Of a stretch of 49,392 nt of DNA, positions 35,602 through 44,757 are shown piece after piece. The stretch covers positions 1 to 49,392 of IMG/VR virus record IMGVR_UViG_3300033512_000183; one strand, 5' to 3'. Under the pieces are notes generated by a model. It had not been told where the DNA came from. It was given only the letters and a program-made list of their open reading frames with translations, and did no database searches. This DNA is from a virus. Lineage: Duplodnaviria > Caudoviricetes. Position 1 is the first letter of the stretch. Every line of letters starts with the position of its first letter. A program made the translations under genes and the position numbers.

Positions 35602-35778
35602 ATGAAAGTAACTGTGTATGATGCTAAGACAAATAAGAAAATTGATACTATTGACATATCTAAACCGGAGTATGAGCGTCTTGTTCAAAAAGATAGTTTT
35701 CTTGTAGAAGATTGGATATCAGAATATGACTATGGGGATACGAAAATTGATCCTTATGATTTAGTATATATTGAATAG
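35602..35778 (+). CDS. 58-aa acidic hypothetical protein (not in ORF track)
   Basis: TACTAATA at 35577; RBS GGGGG; MKVTVYDAKTNKKIDT... Confidence 0.55.
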   Translation: MKVTVYDAKTNKKIDTIDISKPEYERLVQKDSFLVEDWISEYDYGDTKIDPYDLVYIE

Positions 35779-35785
35779 TTAATTT

Positions 35786-35817
35786 AGCCTCATTACTAAT
35801 ATAGAAGTAATGAGGTT
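35786..35817 (+). promoter_or_regulatory. RBS-sequestering hairpin containing TACTAATATA upstream of terL
   Basis: 12-bp stem AGCCTCATTACT/AGTAATGAGGTT; promoter motif at 35794-35803; GAGG at 35812. Confidence 0.7.
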
Positions 35818-35826
35818 TATTTCTGT

Positions 35827-37881
35827 TTGAATAATCAAGATATATATAAGGATTTGTATCCTACTTTTTCTGATGAAGAGAAAGAAAAGATTCACGTCTT
35901 ATTTAAAGATCACAATACTTTAGAAGATGTTAAAAAGAAACTAGAAAAAATAGTATTTCAATTCATACCGCCTACACCTGAAGAGTTTCTTGATCCTAAA
36001 AACAAATGGCTTCCGATAGAATATATAAATGGTCTATATCCTTATATCAAACAAGATTTCTGTGCTTGTATGAGAGTAGAAAATCCATACTCTATTATAT
36101 CAATGTATGGGTGCATCCGTTCTGGTAAGTCTGTATTGGCTCGTCTATGCGTTATGTATACACTTATTTATGTTAACTACTTACGTGACCCTCATACTTA
36201 TTTCAAGATCAATAAGATGTCTCGGCTTTGCATATACCTATTATCATTTAAAGCTGAGAAAACAAATCAAGTATATTTATCTCCTATTATCGACTTGCTA
36301 AGTGCCTCTGAAATGTTTGTTAGAGAGCACTTTGAAAATAGGGTATATAGTACAGGTCTTGACACCGAGGGTAGAATACATTTTTCTGAAGCTTCTAAAT
36401 TTGGAGATATTACTTTTCCTAAATGTTATATTGTAACAGGTAAAGACGCTGGATCATTAGTTGGTGCAGATATTATCGCTGGGGCTGTATCGGAATTAAC
36501 CTTTTTTAAAGAATATGCAGTTGGAATGACTGATGAAGAAATTGTGCAGGTATTTACTAAGCTGTTCAGTCGTATTCAAAATACAGTTGGTTTCGGTAAC
36601 TTTCCTTGTTGGTCTTATATTGACTCATCTGCCAATGATAGTGATTCCCCGATTGAAAAACTTATTCTTGATGACCTAAAGAATCAGAAAACTACCTTTT
36701 TTAGACACTATGTACTATGGGAAATAAGACCTCATCTTTATCCTTCATATAGTAAAACAGGTGAAACATTCCCGGTATGTGTTGGACAGGGGGATGTACC
36801 TGCGATGCTAATCGAAAATAGAGAAGACATTAAACGATATCCTTCTGACCTTATTATAGAGGTGCCTATTGATTTATATGACACCTTTAAACGAAAGCTT
36901 GTAGATAGTCTTAAAGACATTGCAGGTAGACCTACCATATCAGAGAATAAATTTATATCAGATACATCAGTTATTCCTTTACTATGGAGCAACTCAGCAC
37001 TTGAAAATGTCGAAGGTATTATTTATGCGGATGCCTCAGAACCACCTGAAGAGCTTCTATGGAATCAATTAAAAGATAAGTACTTCACTAAGTCTGCTGA
37101 TGGTAGATATCAATTCAAACGTTCTCCTCAAGAGATTAGGTATATAGGACTTGACAACGCATTTGCTGCTAAAGGCGGTGACGTTATGGGGTTCTCAGTT
37201 ATACATAAGGAGTGGGATAGAGTAAAGCAGTCTATTATGTATGTGGTTGATTTTTCTTTCGCTATTGATGGTAAAGGTAAAGGCATAAATCTTGAAGCTC
37301 CTGCATGTTTCATTACAGATATCATCAAACATGCGAATGCTAAAGTATATGCCCTATTTACAGATACATTTCATAGTGAAGCTCAAAAGCAATTCCTTGA
37401 AAGAAATCATGTTCATGTCATAAAGCAATCTGTAGATAGGGAGATAAATCCGTATCAATATTTTTATACATGTCTAATAAACGAAAGGATAAAAAGTGGT
37501 AAAAATATATTCTTAAAAAATAACCTTAATTCGCTTGTACGTACAAGGGGTAAAGACGATAGAAAAGAAAAAATAGATCACGTTAAAGGTATTACAGACA
37601 ATCATTATAAGTGGGATTTCGATAGTTCTAAATGTGGTACTAATGCAAAAGACGTAAGCGATAGTTTATGTCAAGCAATTACAGGAGCATATTCTCATGA
37701 GTATGTTTCTATGACAGACTATGAAACAGAAAATAAACGATTCTCGTCTAAACCAGAAGATATTGAGCATTTTACAAGAGATGCATATAATCGTATAAAC
37801 AGAATTAAACCTATTAAGGACACTAATAATAGTGGTATTGACGGTAAATTAAAATCTTTTATGGGGATGGATATTAAATGA
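35827..37881 (+). CDS. terL: Terminase large subunit
   Basis: Walker A GCIRSGKS, Walker B-like GAVSE, coupling motif DSS, nuclease YIGLD and IDH...KDVSD. Confidence 0.82.
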   Translation: MNNQDIYKDLYPTFSDEEKEKIHVLFKDHNTLEDVKKKLEKIVFQFIPPTPEEFLDPKNKWLPIEYINGLYPYIKQDFCACMRVENPYSIISMYGCIRSGKSVLARLCVMYTLIYVNYLRDPHTYFKINKMSRLCIYLLSFKAEKTNQVYLSPIIDLLSASEMFVREHFENRVYSTGLDTEGRIHFSEASKFGDITFPKCYIVTGKDAGSLVGADIIAGAVSELTFFKEYAVGMTDEEIVQVFTKLFSRIQNTVGFGNFPCWSYIDSSANDSDSPIEKLILDDLKNQKTTFFRHYVLWEIRPHLYPSYSKTGETFPVCVGQGDVPAMLIENREDIKRYPSDLIIEVPIDLYDTFKRKLVDSLKDIAGRPTISENKFISDTSVIPLLWSNSALENVEGIIYADASEPPEELLWNQLKDKYFTKSADGRYQFKRSPQEIRYIGLDNAFAAKGGDVMGFSVIHKEWDRVKQSIMYVVDFSFAIDGKGKGINLEAPACFITDIIKHANAKVYALFTDTFHSEAQKQFLERNHVHVIKQSVDREINPYQYFYTCLINERIKSGKNIFLKNNLNSLVRTRGKDDRKEKIDHVKGITDNHYKWDFDSSKCGTNAKDVSDSLCQAITGAYSHEYVSMTDYETENKRFSSKPEDIEHFTRDAYNRINRIKPIKDTNNSGIDGKLKSFMGMDIK

Positions 37882-38219
37882 GTACAACAATAAATTTGCA
37901 AATAACATCAACTAATCAAATGGGACAAGCTCTGTATACTGATGAGTTTGATGTATCTCGTAAAGCTGAATTTGAATTTAACGATATGCTTTTAAGCGAC
38001 GGTGAACAGGTTCTTTCTATCTCTAAGTTGCTACCTATTACTAAAATTATATGCTCATCTGAAGGTATGCTTTTGAAAGTTAATGATAACAGTATTCCAG
38101 TATCAGGTGTATTACTATGGGATATTGAACCTACGTATGGTGCTACTATATCCGGTGTTTCTGTTTCCGCAACATCTGAAATTCCTACTGATGTTAAAAT
38201 AAGTTTAATTGGAGTTTAG
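37878..38219 (+). CDS. Hypothetical beta-rich virion protein
   Basis: ATGA overlap with terL; composition. Confidence 0.5.
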   Translation: MSTTINLQITSTNQMGQALYTDEFDVSRKAEFEFNDMLLSDGEQVLSISKLLPITKIICSSEGMLLKVNDNSIPVSGVLLWDIEPTYGATISGVSVSATSEIPTDVKISLIGV

Positions 38220-38220
38220 A

Positions 38221-38940
38221 ATGCTACCCAAAAAATTACATCTACGAATTTATTCTGAGTATATGGAAAATTGGGGAAGATTGCAGTCTTTGATAGAAGA
38301 AGTTGTACATGTAGAAAAATACACAAAATTAATTCATTCTATATTAAAGGATAATCGACATTATATTATTTCAGATAGCAACACTGACAATGAAAAGTTA
38401 GAATACCTTAAAAACCTGCTATTACCTTACAAGATAAAAATAGAAATTTTAGAAGAGACATCTAAAAAATATGGATGGATTAAAGGAAAGTGTAATAAAG
38501 AGAATATTACTATTTATGCCGGAAATGATATTAAAGATTTCTTTGATAATGCTGAAATATATCAAGAGTGTAGAAGAGTTTTATTAAGTTTAATAAGCCA
38601 TGAGCTTGTTCATCGAGGGCAATATTACATAAGGAAAGCCGATTTTTTACATTTTTATGCTTTTGAAACTAATATGGATAAAAAGTATTATTCTAATCCT
38701 CAAGAAATAATGGCGTATGCTTGGATGGGAATAGAGAATATGAGAGCTAACGGTTATTTAGATGATCAGATTTTAACTAAAATAAAAAATGATAATGTAT
38801 ACCCTGCTGAAATGGGATTTGCATATTTATACATATCTGATATCAAAGAAGCTGATTTAAATACTTATCACAAATTTTTGAAGTATATGTATATGTATCT
38901 TAAAAATCCTGTTAAGTACTATCTTAAAATCGAGGTTTAG
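38221..38940 (+). CDS. Putative zincin-like metallopeptidase (HExxH), paralog of 6069..6779
   Basis: SHELVHRGQYY and NPQEIMAYA; ATG 38221 after GGAG. Confidence 0.55.
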   Translation: MLPKKLHLRIYSEYMENWGRLQSLIEEVVHVEKYTKLIHSILKDNRHYIISDSNTDNEKLEYLKNLLLPYKIKIEILEETSKKYGWIKGKCNKENITIYAGNDIKDFFDNAEIYQECRRVLLSLISHELVHRGQYYIRKADFLHFYAFETNMDKKYYSNPQEIMAYAWMGIENMRANGYLDDQILTKIKNDNVYPAEMGFAYLYISDIKEADLNTYHKFLKYMYMYLKNPVKYYLKIEV

Positions 38941-38944
38941 AAAT

Positions 38945-39109
38945 TTGATACAATATTTAATTTATCATTTTAGATGGCAAATGTCAGCATGGATAATGAT
39001 TCCGGTTATGCTGTTACTAAAGAGTTATCCTGTATATGTTTCTCTTCCTGTTTCTTCTGTGATTGGCGCAATAATATTTTGGTTTATAGATAAGAGGATA
39101 TTTAAATGA
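38945..39109 (+). CDS. 54-aa membrane protein with two hydrophobic segments (not in ORF track)
   Basis: RBS GAGG, TTG start; MIQYLIYHFRWQMSAWIMIPVMLLL...VIGAIIFWFIDKRIFK. Confidence 0.6.
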   Translation: MIQYLIYHFRWQMSAWIMIPVMLLLKSYPVYVSLPVSSVIGAIIFWFIDKRIFK

Positions 39110-39330
39110 CTAAATTTTTACTCGTATTGAAATGGATTTTTGCAATAATTGCTTTAACGGCTTTTATTGGATTCGGTGTTGCTGGTATAATGTTCCTACG
39201 TAAAGCGGGAAAGTCTATTGTTCTTATACCTAAGTTTAAGATTATTAGTGTTAAGAATACTTCAAGTGTTTCTGGTTTGGTTGATAGTGTTCGTATTGGA
39301 AAAGAGATTGTAGAGAGGATTGTTGAGTGA
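39106..39330 (+). CDS. Single-pass membrane protein
   Basis: RBS GAGG; N-terminal transmembrane segment. Confidence 0.6.
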   Translation: MTKFLLVLKWIFAIIALTAFIGFGVAGIMFLRKAGKSIVLIPKFKIISVKNTSSVSGLVDSVRIGKEIVERIVE

Positions 39331-39490
39331 AAGTTATATGTAGTAAAATATTCAGTATTTTAAAAGATTTTGTTATAGAGACAAGTATGATATTTCTTAG
39401 TATTTTGCCGCCAAGTATTGGGTGTTACATACTAAGTTGTTTACCTTCTGCAAAAGCAGAAGATTTTCCTAAATATCCAAATATTAACTT

Positions 39491-39928
39491 ATGAAACAAC
39501 TACTCATAACAATCTTTATTCTTCTTTGTGCTTTATCTCTTATAGCTAAAGACAACAATCTTTACGTGTATCAAAATGGTAAAGTCATAGGACAGTTTAC
39601 TCCTGCTGAGTTTAAGGCTTTGGTTCAAGGTGCTGACTTGTATGCTCAAGAACTTGAAGCTGAGAACAAAGGATTGAAAATAGACATTATCGATAAGCCG
39701 TATAAACTTGAAAGTAGCGGTATGTATGTATGTAACTTTTCTATCAAGTGGATTGGTAAAACAGGTCATGTACTAAAAGAAATAAAGATGCAAAGTGAGA
39801 TACAGATTCCTGAAGGTGATAATCCTATGCCTGAATGGAGAGTTAAGTATAGAGAGATTGCTGAGATAGGATTTCCTGCTGTTACGGGTGTTTTTGCTTT
39901 GTTTGTTGTTTTGATTATTGCATTATAA
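39491..39928 (+). CDS. Exported protein with signal peptide and C-terminal membrane anchor
   Basis: MKQLLITIFILLCALSLIA leader; hydrophobic C-terminus. Confidence 0.6.
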   Translation: MKQLLITIFILLCALSLIAKDNNLYVYQNGKVIGQFTPAEFKALVQGADLYAQELEAENKGLKIDIIDKPYKLESSGMYVCNFSIKWIGKTGHVLKEIKMQSEIQIPEGDNPMPEWRVKYREIAEIGFPAVTGVFALFVVLIIAL

Positions 39929-39974
39929 GTTACTAATAAAACAGAAACTATTTTCAAGAGAAAGGTATTCATAA

Positions 39975-40349
39975 ATGGAAAACAGAAAATTTACAGTAAG
40001 TGGTTCAGTATTAAATGGGCACACCGATGTTGTATTTGATACTTATATTCAAAAGACATTTGGATACAATGCTCCTGAGACTATAACATATTATCCTGTT
40101 AAGATTCAGCTTATCAATGGTACAGGTCAAGATGCTGAAGTAAACATCCTATCTAATATGGATGAGTATGCTGAGTATCTTGCTACTCCTGCAAACTTTA
40201 GAGGGTTTACTGTTAAGTCAGGCATTACTGTTAATCTAAGTTCTACTAACATTTTGCCATCAGCTCATAAGATGATTGTCAATGTTCCGTCAGGTACATG
40301 CTCAGGTAATTTTGACATTGATTGCATTCAATACGTTCCAAGACGCTAA
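39975..40349 (+). CDS. Putative virion protein, paralog of 41090..41461
   Basis: YPVKIQLIN...EYAEY motif; TACTAATAAA at 39931. Confidence 0.55.
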   Translation: MENRKFTVSGSVLNGHTDVVFDTYIQKTFGYNAPETITYYPVKIQLINGTGQDAEVNILSNMDEYAEYLATPANFRGFTVKSGITVNLSSTNILPSAHKMIVNVPSGTCSGNFDIDCIQYVPRR

Positions 40350-40374
40350 GTAAACAAATCAAGGAGTTTTATAC

Positions 40375-41124
40375 ATGGATATAGTATCGATATCGAAGGA
40401 TTATTCTGTTGACATTGATAGGGGTAATAGAGAAATACGTGAGTATGTAAAAGAAGTTAACAACGGTTTAGTTCAAGAACTTCTTCTTGTTAAAGGAGAT
40501 ATCAATCAGATTAAAGAGCACATGAATACTCTTGTTGATGGACTTAATAGCTTTTCTGAAATGATTGAAAAGAAAGAGTTTGGTACTGTAGGTAGTGCTA
40601 ATCAAGTTGAATACTTTATGAACGCTGTAGCCGAATCTAATAAGACACATTTTAATAGCATATATAATTCACTTGATATTTTGCTTGCTGAAGTATTTAA
40701 GATGAAACTTGCTATACTTGACGAAAAAGATAAATCTATTTTTAATTACAAAGAAGATTTTGTTAAGATGCATGAAGCTGTAGATATTATTAAAGCTACT
40801 ATTCAAAGCAATTCTGATAAAATCGTTAAGTTAGAAGAAATTGTAATTCCTGTTGTAGTCGAAGAACCTGTCGTAGAGATTGTTGAAGAAGTAATCGAAC
40901 AACCTGTAGTTGAAGAAGTTAAGCCGGTTGTTGTAGACGAATCTATGAAGATGCTTATGGTTGATTATTATAAACAGCTCAAGAAATTCAAAAGAGCTGA
41001 AGGATGTAAAGCAATGGTTCTCAAGAAAACTTTCCTGCACTCAGCAGGTAACTATAGATACCTTAACAATAAGTGGAAAAAGGTTTTCGATGAGAAACTC
41101 ACGAGCGATAGCAACTGCGGCTGA
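40375..41124 (+). CDS. Coiled-coil protein with E/V/P-rich tract
   Basis: RBS AAGGAG; VVEEPVVEIVEEVIEQPVVEEV. Confidence 0.6.
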   Translation: MDIVSISKDYSVDIDRGNREIREYVKEVNNGLVQELLLVKGDINQIKEHMNTLVDGLNSFSEMIEKKEFGTVGSANQVEYFMNAVAESNKTHFNSIYNSLDILLAEVFKMKLAILDEKDKSIFNYKEDFVKMHEAVDIIKATIQSNSDKIVKLEEIVIPVVVEEPVVEIVEEVIEQPVVEEVKPVVVDESMKMLMVDYYKQLKKFKRAEGCKAMVLKKTFLHSAGNYRYLNNKWKKVFDEKLTSDSNCG

Positions 41125-41461
41125 AATCAATTCGGGTTTAGTAAAAGAAATTGATCCTATGATGACATATTGCCAATACGATGCTTTTGGTAATGTGTTA
41201 TCTACTCAGTATTTATATCCTATTGATATTCAGTTAATCAATGACTGTGGTGCTGGAGTAGAATTTAATTCTATTTTAAATGAGAATGAATACATTGACT
41301 ATCAAAAGGATTCAGCTCAATTTGCATTTCAAAGATTACCTGCTGATTCTGTATTACAACCTGATCATACAAACTTTGAACGTTGTTATAAATTCTTGTT
41401 AAGGAAGTATATTGGTACTGCTACTTCTGACTTAACTATAGAATTTATTAACCATAGGTAG
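41090..41461 (+). CDS. Putative virion protein, paralog of 39975..40349
   Basis: YPIDIQLIN...EYIDY; ATG 41090 after AAGG gives a matching length (123 aa). Confidence 0.55.
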   Translation: MRNSRAIATAAEINSGLVKEIDPMMTYCQYDAFGNVLSTQYLYPIDIQLINDCGAGVEFNSILNENEYIDYQKDSAQFAFQRLPADSVLQPDHTNFERCYKFLLRKYIGTATSDLTIEFINHR

Positions 41462-41746
41462 GTGATGGGAACAAGAATATCTATAAATACAAATAAATCT
41501 GCAACAACTACCTTCATAAAATTGACTGATGTTCCTCAATCATATCTTGGTGCTAATGGTGATTTTGTAAAAGTAAACAGTACAGAAACAGGTTTAGAAT
41601 TTACTTCAGTAGCTCCAGGTTCTTTTGATGTCAACACAATTATAACCGCCTCAACCAAATTACAGAACAATAATTTACTAACATATGTAGACGACGAATA
41701 TTATCTTGTTGTTACAGATAACAATGGTAATGTTCTAACTACATAA
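41462..41746 (+). CDS. Small tail-fibre-associated protein
   Basis: TFIKLTDVPQSYLG...VKVN...GLEF motif common in fibre proteins. Confidence 0.5.
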   Translation: MMGTRISINTNKSATTTFIKLTDVPQSYLGANGDFVKVNSTETGLEFTSVAPGSFDVNTIITASTKLQNNNLLTYVDDEYYLVVTDNNGNVLTT

Positions 41747-41759
41747 ACAAAGGTTAATC

Positions 41760-44744
41760 ATGAAACATAATTCACTGTACGGTGCAGATTTACACATAGC
41801 TCGATTTGGATCAGGTTTAGGTTCTCCTTCTGGGGTAGTTACACCTGGTATTAAAGGTGAGGGCTACTTTGATGAAACATATAAAGCATTGTGGATTTCT
41901 ACCGCTTCAGGTGACAACACCGCTTGGACAGTTATTACTGAACAGGACTTATTAGATACCACAAACTTTACCAAAGTTTTATCGGCATCTGATACAGATG
42001 TGCAAATTGCATTTAATACTCTTGATAAAGTCATTGATGACACTTCTGCTTCTGGTGTAGTTCGTAAAACTTGGTCAGCAGATAAACTAACTACAGCTTT
42101 CAATTCTATAAATACTGAAAGATCAGAGTTTACTGTTAATCAAGCATCCGCTGGTTTTTCTTCACTTATGCCTATCTATTTTAATATTGATACAGACTTG
42201 TGGACTAAAGCTAAAGCTGATAGTGAAGATACTCTTTCCACTCATATTGTAACTCGTATTTTAACTGCTAACTCATTTAATGTTTGTCAGGTCGGTAAAG
42301 TTACAATTACCGCTCATGGTAAAGCACAAGGATTTTGGTTTACATCCGATACTACTGAAGGTGAAACTGTTGATACCTCACCTCTACTCAGTAACCCTGT
42401 TTTCTTTGTTGAAGATGCTAATACTGTTCATGTTCTTGATTATCGTCCTCTTGATGGTGGTATTCCTCCTGCTACAAATTATGTTTATGATGATGTACAA
42501 AATACTTTTCTTTTAACTCAGCTTTATAATGGTGATAAAACATTTACTCTTGATAATGAAATTGTAGCTAAGAAATATGTTGATGATTTAGTTTCTCCTA
42601 AAGCTAATGATAGTGGTGTGGTTCACAATACGGGTGTAGAAACTATAGCTGGTATAAAAACATTTAGTTCTTTTCCTGTTACCCCTTCTGTATTACCTAC
42701 TACAAGTTATCAGGTGGCGAATAAGTTATATGTTGATGAAGCTGTTTCAGTCGAAAATCTATTCAATAGAGTTGGTACTACTCTGTACCCATCTACTTCT
42801 AATGATAATATCAATATTGGTTCTGGGAATATTACAGGTTCAAAACTAATCGCAGATGAAGTTGACTTAAATATTACTTTAGATAATCCATTATATGGTG
42901 AAGGTAAAGTTTTTTATGATAAAGAAGCACACGCACTTGCTTACTATAATGAACAAGCCGACGTTACTGTTAATGTTGGTCAAGAAGTTCTTATTCAAGT
43001 TAGAAACGAAACTGGTATTACTATACCCAATGGTGCTGTCGTTTATCCTACTGGCTTTAATAATGGCGAAGTTTTAATTGGATTAGCATTGTCTTCAGAT
43101 AAAGAAAAATGCCGACTTATTGGTATGGTAACTCATGAGATAGAAGATCAAACAAACGGGTATGTCACTAAGATTGGTGTTGTTAATGATCTTAACACTT
43201 CTGCATATGCAAGTGGTGATGTTATCTATTTAAGTCCGACTGTTCCTGGTGGCGTTACAAAAGTTAAACCCCTTACGTCAAACTATTTAACAAGAGTAGG
43301 GGCAATAAAGAAAGCAGATGTTTCAGTTGGATCTATTGTAGTTGATACGCAAACATCAGAGTATACTGTTGAAGCACTTGAAGATACTGGTTGGTCAAAA
43401 GATAATTTGCCAATTATATCATTTACTGATGGCATACTAACAACAAGTAGATATTTAACAATTACTGCAACGGATACAAGTTTTTGCTTTTACCAATATG
43501 GTGATAAATATTGTAAAGCTACCGACACAATTAGATTGCCTGATGAAGAGGGTATGTTTGTTGTTTATTATAACATGGAAACTCTTGCTTATGTTAAAAA
43601 TCCAACATCATCACAAGTAGAAATTCTCATTAAAAATAACCCATTAGTTGCTTACGTGTATTGGGATGCTACAAATAAAGTTGGTAATTATGTTGGGCAA
43701 GAACTTCATAAAATAGGCATGGCGTGTGAAACTCATGTCTATCTGCATTTTGCTTTTGGCGCGAGATATCTTAGTGGATTAGCTCCTAATACTGTGGTAG
43801 CAGATGGTAATGGTGATGTTGATTCATCGGCTCAGTTTGGTATAGACTCTGGAGCAATTGCTGATGAAGACATTTATATTCCTACTCCATCTATTATTTC
43901 AACAACAGGATTACCTATAGCCTATTTATTAGGTACATCAACTAATCCTGTTTTACGGTTAGCAAGTAATCCTGGATTTTCTGTATTAACTACAGGAACT
44001 GGAAGACTGGCTTATAATCAACTAACTGGTGGGAACTATCAATTAACAGAAGTAGCAAGCGGTGATTTTGCTTTATATCATATCATTGCTATAAACGAAA
44101 ACTTAGCGTCTAAGCGTGTATTTGCGTTTATGGGTCAAAACAGTTATACAACTCTTGCTAATGCTAGAGCTGGTGCGATAACTGAGTTAGCTGCATTAAG
44201 AAGTATTGGTATACTACCACAAGAAATAAAAGCTATTGCAACATTTATTTATGAAACTCAAAATGCTTTTGATAATGCTGTTAAATCAAGAGTGCGAACA
44301 ATATCAACAGGAGTTAACTATGTTGATTGGAGAACAACGTACCTTAATGGATCAAATGCAGGTTCTGCTGGTGGTATTGGTTCTACAATATTTGATGATA
44401 GTTTATTTCAAATTATTGATAATGCAGATGCAACTAAAGTCATCAAATTTGAAGCATCTGCCATCACTACAGGTAATACTCGTATAATATCTGTACCAGA
44501 TAGAAACTTAATTCTTAATGATGTGCGAACTACTACAACTACTAATTTTGCTTCTGGTACTATACCATTTTCTACGGGAACAAGTATTAACGTATCAACT
44601 AATCTTAAATTTGACTCTGTGAATAATAGACTTATAGTTGGTGCTGTTACAGAATATACTGATAATGCTTCTGCTGTAACCGCTGGTTTAGCTGTAGGTT
44701 CTATTTATCGAACTGGTGATATACTAAAAATTGTACATGTATAA
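41760..44744 (+). CDS. Tail fibre / receptor-binding-like structural protein (994 aa)
   Basis: T/G/S-rich; KKYVD/NKLYVD and ETIAGIKTFSS fibre motifs. Confidence 0.7.
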   Translation: MKHNSLYGADLHIARFGSGLGSPSGVVTPGIKGEGYFDETYKALWISTASGDNTAWTVITEQDLLDTTNFTKVLSASDTDVQIAFNTLDKVIDDTSASGVVRKTWSADKLTTAFNSINTERSEFTVNQASAGFSSLMPIYFNIDTDLWTKAKADSEDTLSTHIVTRILTANSFNVCQVGKVTITAHGKAQGFWFTSDTTEGETVDTSPLLSNPVFFVEDANTVHVLDYRPLDGGIPPATNYVYDDVQNTFLLTQLYNGDKTFTLDNEIVAKKYVDDLVSPKANDSGVVHNTGVETIAGIKTFSSFPVTPSVLPTTSYQVANKLYVDEAVSVENLFNRVGTTLYPSTSNDNINIGSGNITGSKLIADEVDLNITLDNPLYGEGKVFYDKEAHALAYYNEQADVTVNVGQEVLIQVRNETGITIPNGAVVYPTGFNNGEVLIGLALSSDKEKCRLIGMVTHEIEDQTNGYVTKIGVVNDLNTSAYASGDVIYLSPTVPGGVTKVKPLTSNYLTRVGAIKKADVSVGSIVVDTQTSEYTVEALEDTGWSKDNLPIISFTDGILTTSRYLTITATDTSFCFYQYGDKYCKATDTIRLPDEEGMFVVYYNMETLAYVKNPTSSQVEILIKNNPLVAYVYWDATNKVGNYVGQELHKIGMACETHVYLHFAFGARYLSGLAPNTVVADGNGDVDSSAQFGIDSGAIADEDIYIPTPSIISTTGLPIAYLLGTSTNPVLRLASNPGFSVLTTGTGRLAYNQLTGGNYQLTEVASGDFALYHIIAINENLASKRVFAFMGQNSYTTLANARAGAITELAALRSIGILPQEIKAIATFIYETQNAFDNAVKSRVRTISTGVNYVDWRTTYLNGSNAGSAGGIGSTIFDDSLFQIIDNADATKVIKFEASAITTGNTRIISVPDRNLILNDVRTTTTTNFASGTIPFSTGTSINVSTNLKFDSVNNRLIVGAVTEYTDNASAVTAGLAVGSIYRTGDILKIVHV

Positions 44745-44757
44745 AGAGGATATATAA

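Noticed and set aside
39331-39490. Intergenic hairpin CTTCTGC-AAAA-GCAGAAG as an ncRNA
   Set aside because: Single short stem with a weak T-tail; not enough to call more than a possible weak terminator.
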